Source of the DNA: the human T2T-CHM13v2.0 reference genome, Homo sapiens
Length of the DNA stretch: 64,000 bases
Reading direction: 5' to 3' (one strand)
Assembly (NCBI RefSeq): GCF_009914755.1
Contig: NC_060935.1
Shown here: positions 27,701-45,696 of the stretch, piece by piece
Numbering within the stretch: the first letter of the stretch is position 1
How the letters are laid out: every line of letters begins with the position of its first letter
The notes under the pieces: model-generated
Database searches by the model: none
Told to the model about the DNA's origin: nothing
The model's input: only the letters and a program-made list of their open reading frames with translations
Translations under genes and position numbers: made by a program

Positions 27701-29479
27701 AAATCATAGATGATCCAAACAAAGCGAAAAACATTCCATGCTTATGGATAGGAAGAATCAATATTATTAAAATGGCCATACTGCCCAAAGCCATTTACAG
27801 ATTCAATACTATCCCTATCAAACTACCAAGGTCATTTTTCACAGAATTAGAAAAAGCTATTCTAAAATTCATATTGATCCAAGAAAGAGCCCAAATAGCC
27901 AGAGCAATCCAAAGCAAAAAGAACAAAACCAGAGGCATCACATAACCCAACTTCAAACTATACTGTAAGGCTGCCATAACCAAAACAGCATGATATGAGC
28001 ATAGAAACAGACACACAGACCAATGGAACACAGTAGAGAACCCAGAAATAAAGCTACACACCTACAACCATCTGATTTTTGACAAAGTTGACAAAAATAA
28101 GCCGTGGGGAAAGGACTCCCTATTTAATAAATGGTGTTGGGATAACTGGCTATGCATATGCAAAAGAATGAAACTAGACCACTACCTTTCACCATATACA
28201 AAAAGTGACTCAAGCTGGATTAAAGATTTAAATGTAAGACCTCAAATTATAAAAATTCTAGAAGAAAACCTGGCCCTAGCAAAGAATTTATGGCTAAGTC
28301 CTCAAAAGCAATTGCAGCAAAAGCAAAAATTGACAAGTGGAACCTAATTTAACTAAAGAGCTTCTGCACAGCAAGAGAAACTATCAATAGAGTAAGCAGA
28401 CAATCTGCAGAATGGGAGAAAATATTCTCAAACTATGCTTCTCACAAAGGTTTAATATTCAGAGTCTCTGAAAAATTTAAATCATTCAAGAAGCAAAAAA
28501 CAAATAACTCCATTAAAAAGTAGGCAGAGGACATGAACAGACACTTCTCAAAAGAAGATACAAGCAACGACAAACATATGAAAAAATGTTCCGCATCACT
28601 AATTACCAGAGAAATGCAAATCAAAACCACAATGAGATACCATCTCACAGTAGGCTGAGTGGTTAGTATTGAAAAGTCAAAAAAAAAACAGCAGATGCTG
28701 GTGAGGTGTGGAGAAAGAGAATTCTTATACACTGTTGGTGGGAATATAAATTAGTTCAGCCACTGTGGAAAGCAGTTTGGAGATTTCTCAAAGAACTTAA
28801 AACAGAACTATCATTTGACCCAGTAATCCCATCACTGGGTATATATTCAAAAGAAAAGAAATCACTCTACCAGAGAGACACATGCACTTACATGTTCACC
28901 ACAGCAGTACGCCCAATAGCAAAGATACGGAATCAACCTAGGTGCCCATCAACAGTGGACTGGATAAAGAAAATATGGTACATATACACCATGGAATACT
29001 ATGCAGCCATAAAAAAGAATGAGATCATGTCCTTTACAGCAACATGAATGCAGCTGGAGGCCATTATCCTAAGCAAATTAACATAGGAACAGAAAACCAA
29101 ATACCACATATTTTCACTTATAAGTGGGAGCTAAACATTGAGTACACGTGGACATTAAGATGGGAACAACAGACACTGGGGACCACTAGAGACGGGAGAG
29201 AGGGTTGGGGGCAGGGGTTGAAAAACCACCCATTGGGTAGTATGCTCACTACCCGGGTGACAGGATCATTCATACCCCAAACCTCAGCATCATGCAATAA
29301 ATTCATGTAACAAACCTACACATGTACACCCTACATCTAAAATAAATCTTGAAATTACAAAACAAAATAAACTATTTTCTCCTCTCAACTGCACATTTTT
29401 GCCATCTAATGACCTTCCTCTTTAACATGAAAATTATGCTACTCCTTTCCCTCTTCCAGAGAAGACACTCTAAGAACAA

Positions 29480-29640
29480 AAAGAACCTTAGAAATCATTT
29501 AGTCCAAACACCTCATTTTACAGCAGAGGAATCGGAGGCCCTGAGAGTTGGAGTGACGTGTCCAAATTCCAACTACTAATTAGTGGCAGAGCCGCAGCAA
29601 ATGCCCAGGTTTTAACACCCACAGGCTGAAAACTCTCAAT
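29480..29640 (-). mobile_element. MIR fragment
   Basis: cctcattttacagcagaggaatcggaggccctgagag..gtgacgtgtccaa. Confidence 0.7.
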
Positions 29641-30071
29641 CCTTCACAGCTTCATTAACCAAACTTTTGATTATACAGCATTATCTCTAATTGGGATTCT
29701 CTCTTACTGCATTATAAACCGAAGCAATTGGTAATTTGTCCCATACATTTTATAATAACGTCCCTTCATATCACCAGTCCTGGCTAGAAAAACCCATATG
29801 TAGAAAAGGTTTTTGCCCAGTGCATTGCACAGGAATTAGCTGTTGAAGGCAGCGGCCCACGCTGTGCCCTCTTTATCTTTTGACCTGGAGCCTCAGGTTC
29901 CCTGATATATCTATTAAAAGGTGAGAGTAAGAACAGATGTGGCACAACTCTTCAGAGTTACTTGTTCAATGTTTTAAAGAGCTTGACAGATGATTTCCTC
30001 AATTCTCTTCCAGGCTGTATTTTTTAATACACAAAAAGTAATCTTGCAAGAGCTGTTTGCCCCTGCCATAG

Positions 30072-30377
<306 letters not shown>

Positions 30378-30705
30378 TGACTGAATGATTTTATGCCAAC
30401 TTCCACTTATAATCAAGGAGAGGACTGAGAAACCATAATTTGATAAGAAACCACAACTATGTGGTTATCCTTTAAGTTATAAAAGTGCCTGATAACCAAA
30501 GATTTCACATAAATTACAAGAGACCACTTTGGGAATAAATATTCCTTGATATTAGACAAACAATATTGTATCTGCCTAGTGTCCCCTGTAGGAGGAGGTT
30601 GTCTCTAAAATAACTAGACTTAATATCCTTGAAAAACATCAGTGACAGATGGAAAATCCTATGTCATGTTGGCATATTTTGTGGGGTTTTTCAGAAAATC
30701 TTTAA

Positions 30706-31076
<371 letters not shown>

Positions 31077-31369
31077 AGAGTGACTGTTAATGCAGCTGAC
31101 TCATGTCACAAACTGTCACCCAATCCTCTAAGCTTCGGTCCTTGGACATTCAAAACACCTCAAAGTGCCAGGACTAGTGCCATCTTATGAATTAATAATG
31201 CTGCTTCACATCCCAGCTCTGCCACTGAACTCTCCTCAACCCTCTTTCTCCAAACACTGGCCAGGTCCGAAGTAACTGAAATCAGAGAAGATGGGAACCT
31301 GAGATGGGGCAGGCAAGCAATATTCACCGCCTACCACCAGGATGCAGAATCAAGTGCGCAGTAAGGCTC

Positions 31370-31779
31370 AGGCTGATGTTAGAATATATTTATTGCTACA
31401 TTTATATACAATTATACAAACAGCCCAGACAGGAAAGAAATGTTGCATCGATTTCTGCAGATTCCACCAACATGTGCACAGAAATGGAGCTGTTCACCAC
31501 TGAGTTTGCTCTTGGATTGAAGCCAAATATAAGTCACATACATTTTTTGAAAAAGTGGGAAATTCTTGGAAATCCTGTCCATAGATTCTTCCTTACAAGC
31601 TAGTCATGCAGAAAAAAGTGGGTTCTCATAAGCTGATGCCTTCCAGCATGTTTGGGGGATAGAGTCCTGAAGATGGGGTGCAGTAGATGCTGGCTTGGGA
31701 CTGCAGGGTGCTGTGCGAAGTCCCAAGTCCTGGCCCATCTTGCTAAGGTCTGTCTTTAGGAAAGGCAATTGAGAGGGGT
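31370..31779 (-). other. RDX: Candidate proximal non-coding terminal exon of the 3'-extended RDX isoform
   Basis: Strong minus-strand acceptor ttgctattctctttctctccag (AG at 31781-31780) and AATAAA on the minus strand at 31389-31394. Confidence 0.6.
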
Positions 31780-32633
31780 CTGGAGAGAAAGAGAATAGCA
31801 AGAAAGGGAAATCCAACAGTAAACTGAGAAGAGGAGAGAACCATGAGCCAGGGCCCTGGGTAATGGAATACTGGTCCATCCAGTTCCAGCTGAGATTGCA
31901 GACTTTGGGGGATATACACATTCAGAACACCAGGTATGTCCTTATCCTAAAGCTTCCCATAAGTCAGTAGCCAGGGGCCTGCATGAAGACACAGAAAGTG
32001 AATAGGAAAGTCAGGCAAGAAAGAAGAAAACTCAACTTGAACACTCGTATTATCAACATTCAGTTGAAAAGGCATGACCCTGAATGTCTTTGCACATTTT
32101 GTAAGTTAACATTTAGTCATGGTTAGTTGATGGTTGAGTGATGAAGGGGAATGGAATGCCAGTGAGGAAATGTAATGATGTACAGATTGTATCAAAATAA
32201 AGGTGCGTCCACAAACTCTACACTCTGACCTCAGCCTGGTTAGAATTACTTTTGGCCTCAAAAGGAGTCTCACATATAGATTTTGCAATGTTCTGATCCA
32301 GAATTATGATGTGGATATAAGATGACGGTATAAACACTCTCTCTTTCATGTCACAGTCACATACACCTTAGTGACGTGAATCCCAAGAGAAATTGTTGAG
32401 CAGCCACAGGGCGTGTGTGCTTAGGGAATGAGTTCACCTTATTTACACCAGCTCCGTCTGACCCACCTCAGGCCCCTTCCCAACTCAGGAATCCAGGAGG
32501 GAGGACCTGCAGATTGGGTTTACTCTGGCCTCCTCAGCTAAAATCAGCTCAGAGCCTCAGAGAAAGGTCTGAAGGTTGAGAAAAAAGGCCCATGACTCTA
32601 AATACACCAGACTGTGCCAGGCTTTGGGGTTGA

Positions 32634-33012
<379 letters not shown>

Positions 33013-34233
33013 TGTGCATGGCTTTAGATGTCACGTTTAATTCCTTAATGTCACCATAATCCTACAGGCCCCTAGTCACGAGGAAGATAGGATGACAGTG
33101 CTGTGGAGAAGCCCTGGGGGCAGTGGGAGACGGACCAGAACATCACTCAAGAGTCCCTGTTCTTTCTCTTGGGTCAATAATTTTATAATCAACTATGGAG
33201 AGGCCCAGCAGTTCTTCCAAGGGTGCCAACTATGTGACACCTCAAGCTGGAGGATGTGGCAATCACCAACTCTGTGGATCCCTTCATAAATTCATGTCTA
33301 GATAATTCAAAATCTCTTTCTGTCATTTGATCTTGACTTTTCATGCAGAAACTTTCTTTTCCTACTTCTGACGACAATAGCTCAGAGTCAAACTCACTCA
33401 AAGGATTTGCTCTAAAAAGAACATTAACAGATGAAAATCAAGGAGGAAAAATCATAAAAGATCAGGTAGATTTTACTTTGGGGAGTTTTACGAGTTGACA
33501 AAATGGAAAGAGTTACATGAATGAATTTCTGCACTGGAAGAAATGGCTAAAGATAAATAGCTAAGAAGAGTATTGTTTGCGGCAATCTATGGCACATTAA
33601 GAATGTGCTTTAACCCAGGATTTTAGCTCAAATATCAGAAATAAGACCAGCTGGATTCTCAGCTAGACCCGTTTCAAAGAGAGTGAGAGCAAATGATGAT
33701 GGATGTGTCGTAGCATTTCAAGTGGACTTTGAAACAATGAAAGTGTTTTGGTAGTGTCATGAAATATCAGAGAGAATCTTGCACGACCTTAAACTCATTT
33801 CAGGGCAGGCCAAATTCAAGGCCAAAGAAGCAAATTGCTTCTAAAAGTTCCCCACCTTAAATGAACACATGTGACCATTTTTTTGTCACATAAATAAGTC
33901 TAAAACATAATATTTCTATAAAGAACATTGGTTCTACATCTTTAAATATTATCTCAAATATATTGACCTTTAGCTAGAAGGAGGTTTAGAGAACTTTGGG
34001 AGGCTTAATCAGCAAGTTGGGGGAACTCAAGATTTACAACATAAACAACATTGTTGTGGTTTTATTCACAAATGGGATGAGTCAAATAGTCTCTGCCAAA
34101 AAAAAAAAGAATTTAAAAACCTGTTATCATGGTAATCATATTGAAAAATGATTTTTAAATATTACCAAATTCAGGTCAGTACATAATACTATATTAACCT
34201 AGCTTATTAACCAATTCTTTAATTCTTCTGCTC

Positions 34234-34580
34234 CAGGAATCCCCAATCCCTGGGCCGAGGACCAGTACCGGCGTGTGGCCTGTTAGGAACTGGGTGGCAT
34301 AGCAAAAGCTGAGTGGTGAACAAGCATTATGGCCTGAGCGCCGCCTCTTGTCAGATCAGCAGCAGCATTAGATTCTCAAAGGAGCGAACCCTATTGTGAA
34401 TTGTGCATGCGAGGGTTCCACGTTGCACGCTCCTTTATGGGAATCTAATGCCTCATGATTTGAGGTGGAACAGTTTCACCCCAAAACCATCCCCTCCACC
34501 CGCCAACCCCACTCCCAGCCCATGGAAAATTTGTCTTCCATGAAACCAGTCCTTGGTGCAAAAAGGTTGGGGGCCACTGT
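34234..34580 (+). mobile_element. MER1B (hAT-Charlie)
   Basis: cagg..tccccaa..cctgggcc...ggcctgttaggaac...gcattagattctca...gaaaccagtccttggtgcaaaaaggttggggg. Confidence 0.88.
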
Positions 34581-34616
34581 TCTACTCAATGTGCATGTAC
34601 AAAACTTCATTTTTAA

Positions 34617-35054
<438 letters not shown>

Positions 35055-35424
35055 TAAAGTAGGAGGTCCAATCAGCTCACCAAGATTACAGGTAAAACAT
35101 CATTTTAATAAATTCTAGCTCACCTCAAAATTATTAAATTGGAGGATGATGTTCTTGATTGGCAAAGAGCCCAAGAGATGCAAACTATTGGGAAAGAACC
35201 TGGAAGGGATGGAATCAGAGGCTGTAAAGATAGAGGTTGCTCTTGGTCAGTTCCTTTGACTTGAAATCCACAGGTCCTGTGGATGAACAGGTTCAGATTT
35301 TATGAGGTCCCACCAGCATCCTGGCAGTGGAAGGTGTGGCAGGTCTAGTGGGCAGGTGAGCTGGCCCTGGCCACGGCTGCCAGTTGTACTTACCTAGTGA
35401 GGGAGGGAGCCTTCTTCCTAAGGG

Positions 35425-35491
35425 TTACATTTGCTTTATGCTGCTTTGGCAAGAGCGCATCTGGAACAATGCATACAGTTTGGGTCCCCAC
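35425..35491 (-). CDS. RDX: Alternative coding exon of radixin (exon 35394-35491) adding the C-terminal peptide WGPKLYALFQMRSCQSSIKQM*
   Basis: Acceptor tgtctcttttgaaag| at 35492-35493 and donor CTAG|gtaagt at 35393. Phase-2 exon G TGG GGA CCC ... ATG TAA. The peptide matches the recalled tail of the long (604-aa) radixin isoform (583+21). Confidence 0.85.
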
Positions 35492-35540
35492 CTTTCAAAA
35501 GAGACATTAAGAGATTAGAAAGCATTTAGCAAAAGAACAC
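35425..35540 (+). mobile_element. CR1/L3 LINE ORF2 fossil fragment
   Basis: The + frame reads LHLLYAALARAHLEQCIQFGSPPFKRDIKRLESI*, resembling the CR1 ORF2 motif LYSALVRPHLEYCVQFWSPxxKKDIxxLERVQ. Confidence 0.75.
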
Positions 35541-36726
35541 AGTAGGAAGCTGAATGGGCAGGCTGACTACTTGCTCAGCACATTGCAACATCAGGGCGCT
35601 CTTGTCAGCCTGGATTATGTAGGGCCTGTTATTGTCAAACTGTCTGCCTAATCTTTAACCTCTTTTTTTTTCCAGTCCACCTTTGAAACTCCACGATTAG
35701 AATGTGGAAATAAGAATAACTTTAAACCTTCCTTTTAAATAGATGCTAGACTTCAAATAGTGCAGCAACTCTACACAAGCTAACTAGTCTCTTTCAATAA
35801 TAAGACCTATTATTTAGAATAGTAGGTCTTGTCTTAAAGCCATAAAAATCAGAACTTCATGTCATTCAGTAATGTGTTCTACCAGATTTTATATTTTATG
35901 TGAAGTTCTCTTTTGATTAACCGAGGCATTGTTAAAGTTATTTTCAGGTAGCAACCAGACTAATGGATCCAAAATACTTTATAGTGCCTACTCTGAAATC
36001 AATAGTTGCTATGTTTTTGAATAAGCAAATTCTCAGTACCTGCCTACTAAAAGACTGGATAGGTTAAGACAAACAAACCATGAAAACTACCTCCTCTGCA
36101 GACACGTTGGCATTGCCGGAATTAAAGAGGTCAATTTCAGCCCTACTCTCTCTGGTCTGTCTTCCTCAGCTGACTCACCTGCCATTCTCCGATATATCCC
36201 TTAGAGATAAAACAAAGTCAGAATTAACTTGACAAAGAAACTGCTAAACTGGCCAAACGTATCCATGAGTCAGTTCCCTGACTGGGGAGAATACTGGTTA
36301 CAGTATTTTCTAACCTTGTGGGTAAAACAATTAGAAATGCAGTTACTAGCAATCTCTATCTTACGAATGAGTTATGAACCAAAAGGGCAGCTGTGGTGGG
36401 CTGTTTCCCATGGAAACCACGTCATGAAGAGTGATTTTGTTTCTAGGCAGTTTAACCCATAATGAAAAGCTGAGTCTTTGCAGTAAAATACAGTAGAAAC
36501 TCCAAATTTGTCAAAGATTGTAATAAAGGAACATAGAAACAATGACATTTATTAATGGTTTTATAATTCTTCTTTAATACTTGAGCTTGATGTTAACCTG
36601 GCCAGAAATAATTCGATGGTTCAATAGTACCTGAAATTTAAGAACATTTTAAAGGGAATTCTAACTATTTTCAAAGACTTTGAAGGTTAGTCTGGCTGGC
36701 ACTTTATTGTATGACATGCCATTTCA

Positions 36727-37095
<369 letters not shown>

Positions 37096-37320
37096 TTATG
37101 TAGATTTAGACTCATAAAGGAGCAGAGAGAGCAAAGGAAGAGAATTATTTTTCATGAAAATAATGAGAAAATTTAGGAGAGCATGAGAAAGGAGGATTTG
37201 GGAGTAAAGTTAATAGATGAAAGGCACAAGAGAGGGAATAGAACTGAAGGAGAAAACTGCATGTATGAGTTTCCCTAACAGGGAAAGAAAGGTGAAGAGA
37301 CGTCAGAAATTTCCAAGCTT

Positions 37321-37337
37321 TGCCACCAGGTGGCGGC
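37321..37337 (+). promoter_or_regulatory. Candidate CTCF core motif
   Basis: TGCCACCAGGTGGCGGC, near-consensus. Confidence 0.6.
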
Positions 37338-37556
37338 ATGAGATTAGATGACAGTATTTTAGCTGAAGGCAGCAGCAACTGAAGGGTAGTGAGGGTGAGA
37401 TACATAAAAATCACATGAGCTGGATATTCACAACACAGGAGGCTCAGGATTTGTGAAGCGGTAAGCCATGGGTTAGAATATATATCAAGTTATAGCAAGA
37501 ATATATATTAAATTATGTGTTAGAATATATAATAAGGGACGCAAACCTAGTTGAAC

Positions 37557-37711
37557 TTATTTTTTAAGATGTTGTCTCCCTCTGTCACCCAGGCTGGAGT
37601 GCAATGGCGCCGTCTTGGCTCACTGCAACCTCTGCCTCCAGGATTCCAGCGATTCCTGTCTCAGCTTCCCAGGTAGCTGGGATTACAGACACATGCCACC
37701 ACATCCGGCTA

Positions 37712-37776
<65 letters not shown>

Positions 37777-38537
37777 TAGAGTTAAGGTTTCCCCATGTTG
37801 GCTAGGCTGCTCTCAAACTCCTGACTTAGGTAATCCGCCCGCCTTGGCCTCCCAAAGTTCTGGGATTACAGGTATGAGCCACTGCGCCCGGCCTAGTTTA
37901 ACACTTTAAAGAATCTATTTATCTAGTACAGGCCATGGCTCACACCTGTAATCCCAGCACTTTGGCAGGCTGAGGCCAGGGGTTGATCACCTGAGGTCAG
38001 GAGTTTGAGACCAGCCTGGCCAACATGGGGAAACGCCATCTCTACTAAAAATACAAAAATTACCCGAGCGTGGTGGCCTGCACCTGTAGTCCCAGCTACT
38101 CTGGAGGCTGAGACAGGAATCGCTTGAACCCTGGAGGCAGAGGCTGCAGTGAGCCAAGATCATGCCACTCACATTCCAGCCTGGGCAAGAGAGCAAGACT
38201 TCATCTAAAAAAAAAAATCTGTCTAGTTTAGTATATTAACATTTTTCTTTTAGACAGGGTTTTGCTCTGTCCTCCAAACTGGAGTGCAGTGACATGATCA
38301 TGGTTTACTGAAGCCTCAACATCCCAGGCACAAGCAATCCTCCCACCTTAGCCTCTCGAGAAGCTGGGACCACATGTGTGCTTCACTACACCTGGCTAAT
38401 TTTTCTTTCTTTTTTTTTTTTTTTTTTGGTTGGGGAGGGTGGGACATGAGGTCTCACTATGTTGCCCAGGCTGGTCTTGATCTCCTGGGCTCAAGCAATC
38501 CTCCTGGGATTACAAGCATGAGCTGCTGCACTCAGCC
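37557..38537. mobile_element. Cluster of three alternating Alus (- 37557-37893 with ~(TG)27 in its linker; + 37930-38217; - 38241-38537)
   Basis: Direct recognition of Alu arms in alternating orientation. Confidence 0.9.
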
Positions 38538-38554
38538 AACAGTTTTTTTTTTAA

Positions 38555-39500
38555 AAGTAAAGACATACAAATGGCAGCAGATATATGAAAAGGTGCTCAA
38601 CATCATTGAGCATCAGAGAAATGCAAACCAAAACTGCAATGAGATAATCATCTTACCCCAGTTAAGATGGCTTTTATCCTATTAAGACAGGTAATAACAA
38701 ATGCTGGTGAGGATGTGAAGAAAAGGGAACCTTTGTACACTGTTGGTGAGACTGTAAATTAGTACAACCACTATAGAGAACAGTATGGAGCTACCATATG
38801 ATCCAGCAACCCCACTACTGTGTATATACCCCCCAAAAAGAAAATCATTATATCAAAAAGATACCTGCACTCCCATATTAACTGCAACACTACTCACAAT
38901 AGCCAAGATTTGGAAGCAACCTAAGTGTCCATCAACAGATGAATGGATAAAGAAAATGTGGTACTTGCATACAATGGAGTACTATTCAGCCATAAAGAAT
39001 AATGAGATCCTGTCATTTGCAACTACATGGATGGAACTGGAGATGGCTAATGTTAAGTTAAATAAGCCAAGCACAGAAGGACAAAAATTGTATGTTCTCA
39101 CTGATTTGTGGGATCTAAAAATAAAAATAATTAAACTCATGGAGATAGAGAGTAAAAGGATGGTTACCAGAGGGTAAGAAGGGTAGTGGGGAAGCAGGAG
39201 GTTGGGAGGTGAGAATTGTTAATGGGTAAAAAAAAAAAAAAAAAAAGTAGAAAGAATGAATAAGACCTAGTATTTGACAGCACAAGGTGACTATAATCAA
39301 TAATAATTTAATTGTACATTTAAAAATAACTAAAAGGGTATAATTAGATTATTTGTAACACAAAGGAGAAAAGCTTGAGGGGATGGATACCCCATTTTCC
39401 ATATGTGATTATTACACATTGCATGCTTGTATCAAAATATCTCATGTCCCCCATAAATATATACTTATGTGCCCACAAAAATTAAAAATAAATTTTTTAA
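38555..39500 (+). mobile_element. L1MA2/3-like 3' portion
   Basis: ORF2 C-terminal remnant (ORF 38785) and L1MA 3' UTR gacctagtatttga...gatggataccccattttcc. Confidence 0.85.
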
Positions 39501-39699
39501 ATAAAATTTTTAGTAGCATCATCTACAAAAAAGTTTTAAAAATTAAAAAATTAAAGTACACACACACGGTTGGTTACCTCAATATACTCAGAAATTGCGT
39601 TTAATAAATTTAAAACCCTCTTTTTATTTAAAAAGAAAAAACTCTTAGAAAAATATGTATATGTATGTAAAAGGAAGTTTCATAAATCTGATAAAAGTC

Positions 39700-39881
<182 letters not shown>

Positions 39882-39899
39882 TTATGTTCCACATGGGAC

Positions 39900-42400
<2,501 letters not shown>

Positions 42401-42719
42401 TTCAAACTGATACATGAGTATCTAATATATATACATATATTCCATCATTTATATTTCTACTAGATGCATTTCATTCTCTAATACTGTTATAAATGAATCT
42501 CTAGTTTTTAAGTGTTTAAAAACAGAAAGTAATGAAGGAAAAATACTACAATAGATGGGGAAGTTATGAATTTTGTTCCAAATATCTTTGGTCTTTGAGC
42601 CATTCGAATTTCAAAGGTCTCAAAGAAACTATGTCGAAGTCAATAGTTACTCTAAGGACACTGAGTAAAAGAAGCAACTGTGTTATTTCCACAGTATTGG
42701 GTTGGAGTGAGACCCAAAC

Positions 42720-43217
<498 letters not shown>

Positions 43218-43369
43218 AAAAGTTGTTCAAGTATCTAAGAAATCCCTTCATTATAACAAAATAAGACCTCCCTAGGGTCACATCAAAATATTAATAGTCA
43301 TCCAGACAGAAAGACACAGCACTGGCCCTTAGGAGAACATTAGTTTTTAAAAACCTTTAACTCAGGAGG

Positions 43370-43670
43370 CTCGTTGGCCAAACCCAGCTTCCCATCTGTT
43401 TTTGTACAGAATGTGATTTAAGAATGTTTTTTACCTTTTTTTTTTAAACAAATCAGAGGAAGAATATTTTGTGACACATGAATTGTATGAAATTCAGAGT
43501 TAAGTGTCCATAAATAAAATTTTATGGGAACACAAACATGCTCATTATTTACATATAGCTGCTTATGCACTACAACAGCAGAGTTGTATAGCTGGGACAG
43601 AGACAACTGGCCTGCAAAGTCCAAAATGTTTAGTATCTGGGCCTTTTCATAAAGATCATTTGCCCTATTT
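43370..43670 (+). mobile_element. MER58B
   Basis: tttgtgacacatg..tatgaaattc...gtgtccataaataaa.ttttat.ggaacac...acaacagcagagttg. Confidence 0.8.
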
Positions 43671-43803
43671 GCTCTAATTTGATAGAATCTACTAGTCTAA
43701 AAGCAAAATATAATTACAGTAATTTTCTGTTGAAAACGCAATTTTCATTTTAATTACACACAGGCAAAAATCTAATAAAGAATCATAAGGAAGTTGAATC
43801 AGA

Positions 43804-43936
43804 TTTTTTTTTTTTTTTTAATAGAGACGGGGCACCATATTGCCCAGGCTGGTCTCAAACTCCTGGGCTCAGGTGGTCTCCCGCCTTGGCCTACCAAAGT
43901 GCTGGGGTTACAGGCATGAGCCACCATGCCCGGCCC
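43804..43936 (-). mobile_element. FLAM-C/AluJ left monomer
   Basis: ctcctgggctcagg; single arm. Confidence 0.8.
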
Positions 43937-44492
43937 AGATCTATTTTTATCTACAAAGCCATTCAAATAACCCACACAGAGCATCTGAAAAATGTTACTA
44001 ACGCTTTCTCTCTTCAAATTTCTAATAAATGACAAAGAATTGCACAAAGAATTGACTGGTACATTTCAATGAAATACTCATTCAGTTCTGAAAACGAATG
44101 TAGCGTTCTCCTCTGGCATTTATTCGGGAGGTTAACTCAAACTATAAGCCTGTCTCAAATGCTGCCTGATAACTTCATTTTTCAGCTCTCACAGTGGCCA
44201 CCCTCCTCGCTGGCTCTCTTCTACATGCTAAAACTCACCAAGAGCCTTCTTCCCTTTGATCCTCAACCTCGAATTTTCTCCAGACTGAGTTCAGTTCTTA
44301 TCACTGAAGACTTGCTCACTGAGTTCCTGAATTATTTTATTCAACACCTATTGGGTGGCTTAAAAAGCCTTCTATCCACATCCATCTTCACTTCTCCAAT
44401 TTCAACTTTCCTCTAGATTTTGAATATTTCTTGAGCACAGACTCTTCTTTGATTTCTAGGGCTTTAACAATCATTTATTAATTTAAAAAAAT

Positions 44493-44775
<283 letters not shown>

Positions 44776-44933
44776 GTAATACTTTTAAAAAATATAATGC
44801 GGAAGATGGCCGAATAGGAACAGCTCCGGTCTACAGCTCCCAGCGTGAGCGACGCAGAAGACGGGTGATTTCTGCATTTCCATCTGAGGTACCGGGTTCA
44901 TCTCACTAGGGAGTGCCAGAGAGTGGGCACAGG

Positions 44934-45242
44934 TCAGTGGATGCGCGCACCGTGCGCGAGCTGAAGCAGGGCGAGGCATTGCCTCACTTGGGAAGCCCAA
45001 GAGGTCAGGGAGTTCCCTTTCTGAGTCAAAGAAAGGGGTGACGGACGGCACCTGGAAAATCGGGTCACTCCCACCCGAATACTGCGCTTTTCCGACGGGC
45101 TTAAAAAACGGCGCACCACGAGATTATATCCGGCACCTGGCTCGGAGGGTCCTACGCCCACGGAGTCTCGCTGATTGCTAGCATAGCAGTCTGAGATCAA
45201 ACTGCAAGGCGGCAGCGAGGCTGGGGGAGGGGCGCCCGCCAT
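44934..45242 (-). CDS. L1 ORF0 (antisense-promoter ORF), open and extended to 102 aa
   Basis: MAGAPPPASLPPCSLISDCYASNQRDSVGVGPSEPG... with ATG at 45242-45240; the two donor-like sites CAG|GTGCC are retained. Confidence 0.75.
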   Translation of the reverse strand: MAGAPPPASLPPCSLISDCYASNQRDSVGVGPSEPGAGYNLVVRRFLSPSEKRSIRVGVTRFSRCRPSPLSLTQKGNSLTSWASQVRQCLALLQLAHGARIH

Positions 45243-45696
45243 TGCCCAGGCTTGATTAGGTAAACAAAGCAGCCGGGAAGCTCGAACTGGGTGGAGCCCA
45301 CCACAGCTCAAGGAGGACTGCCTGCCTCTGTAGGCAGCACCCTGGGGGCAGGGCACAGACAAACAAAAAGACAGCAGTAACCTCTGCAGACTTAAATGTC
45401 CCTGTCTGACAGCTTTGAAGAGAGCAGTGGTTCTCCCAGCACGCAGCTGGAGATCTGAGAACGGGCAGACTGCCTCCTCAAGTGGGTCCCTGACCCCTGA
45501 CCCCCGAGCAGCCTAACTGGGAGGCACCCCCCAGCAGGGGCACACTGACACCTCACATAGCAGGGTACTCCAACAGACCTGCAGCTGAGGGTCCTCTCTG
45601 TTAGAAGGAAAACTAACAAACAGAAAGGACATCCACACCAAAAACCCATCTGTACATCACCATCATCAAAGACCAAAAGTAGATAAAACCGCAAAG

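Noticed and set aside
33500-33760. Purine-rich unique stretch that looked like a pseudogene fragment
   Set aside because: Frames are short and interrupted, and I recognise no protein similarity. A tBLASTx search would be needed.
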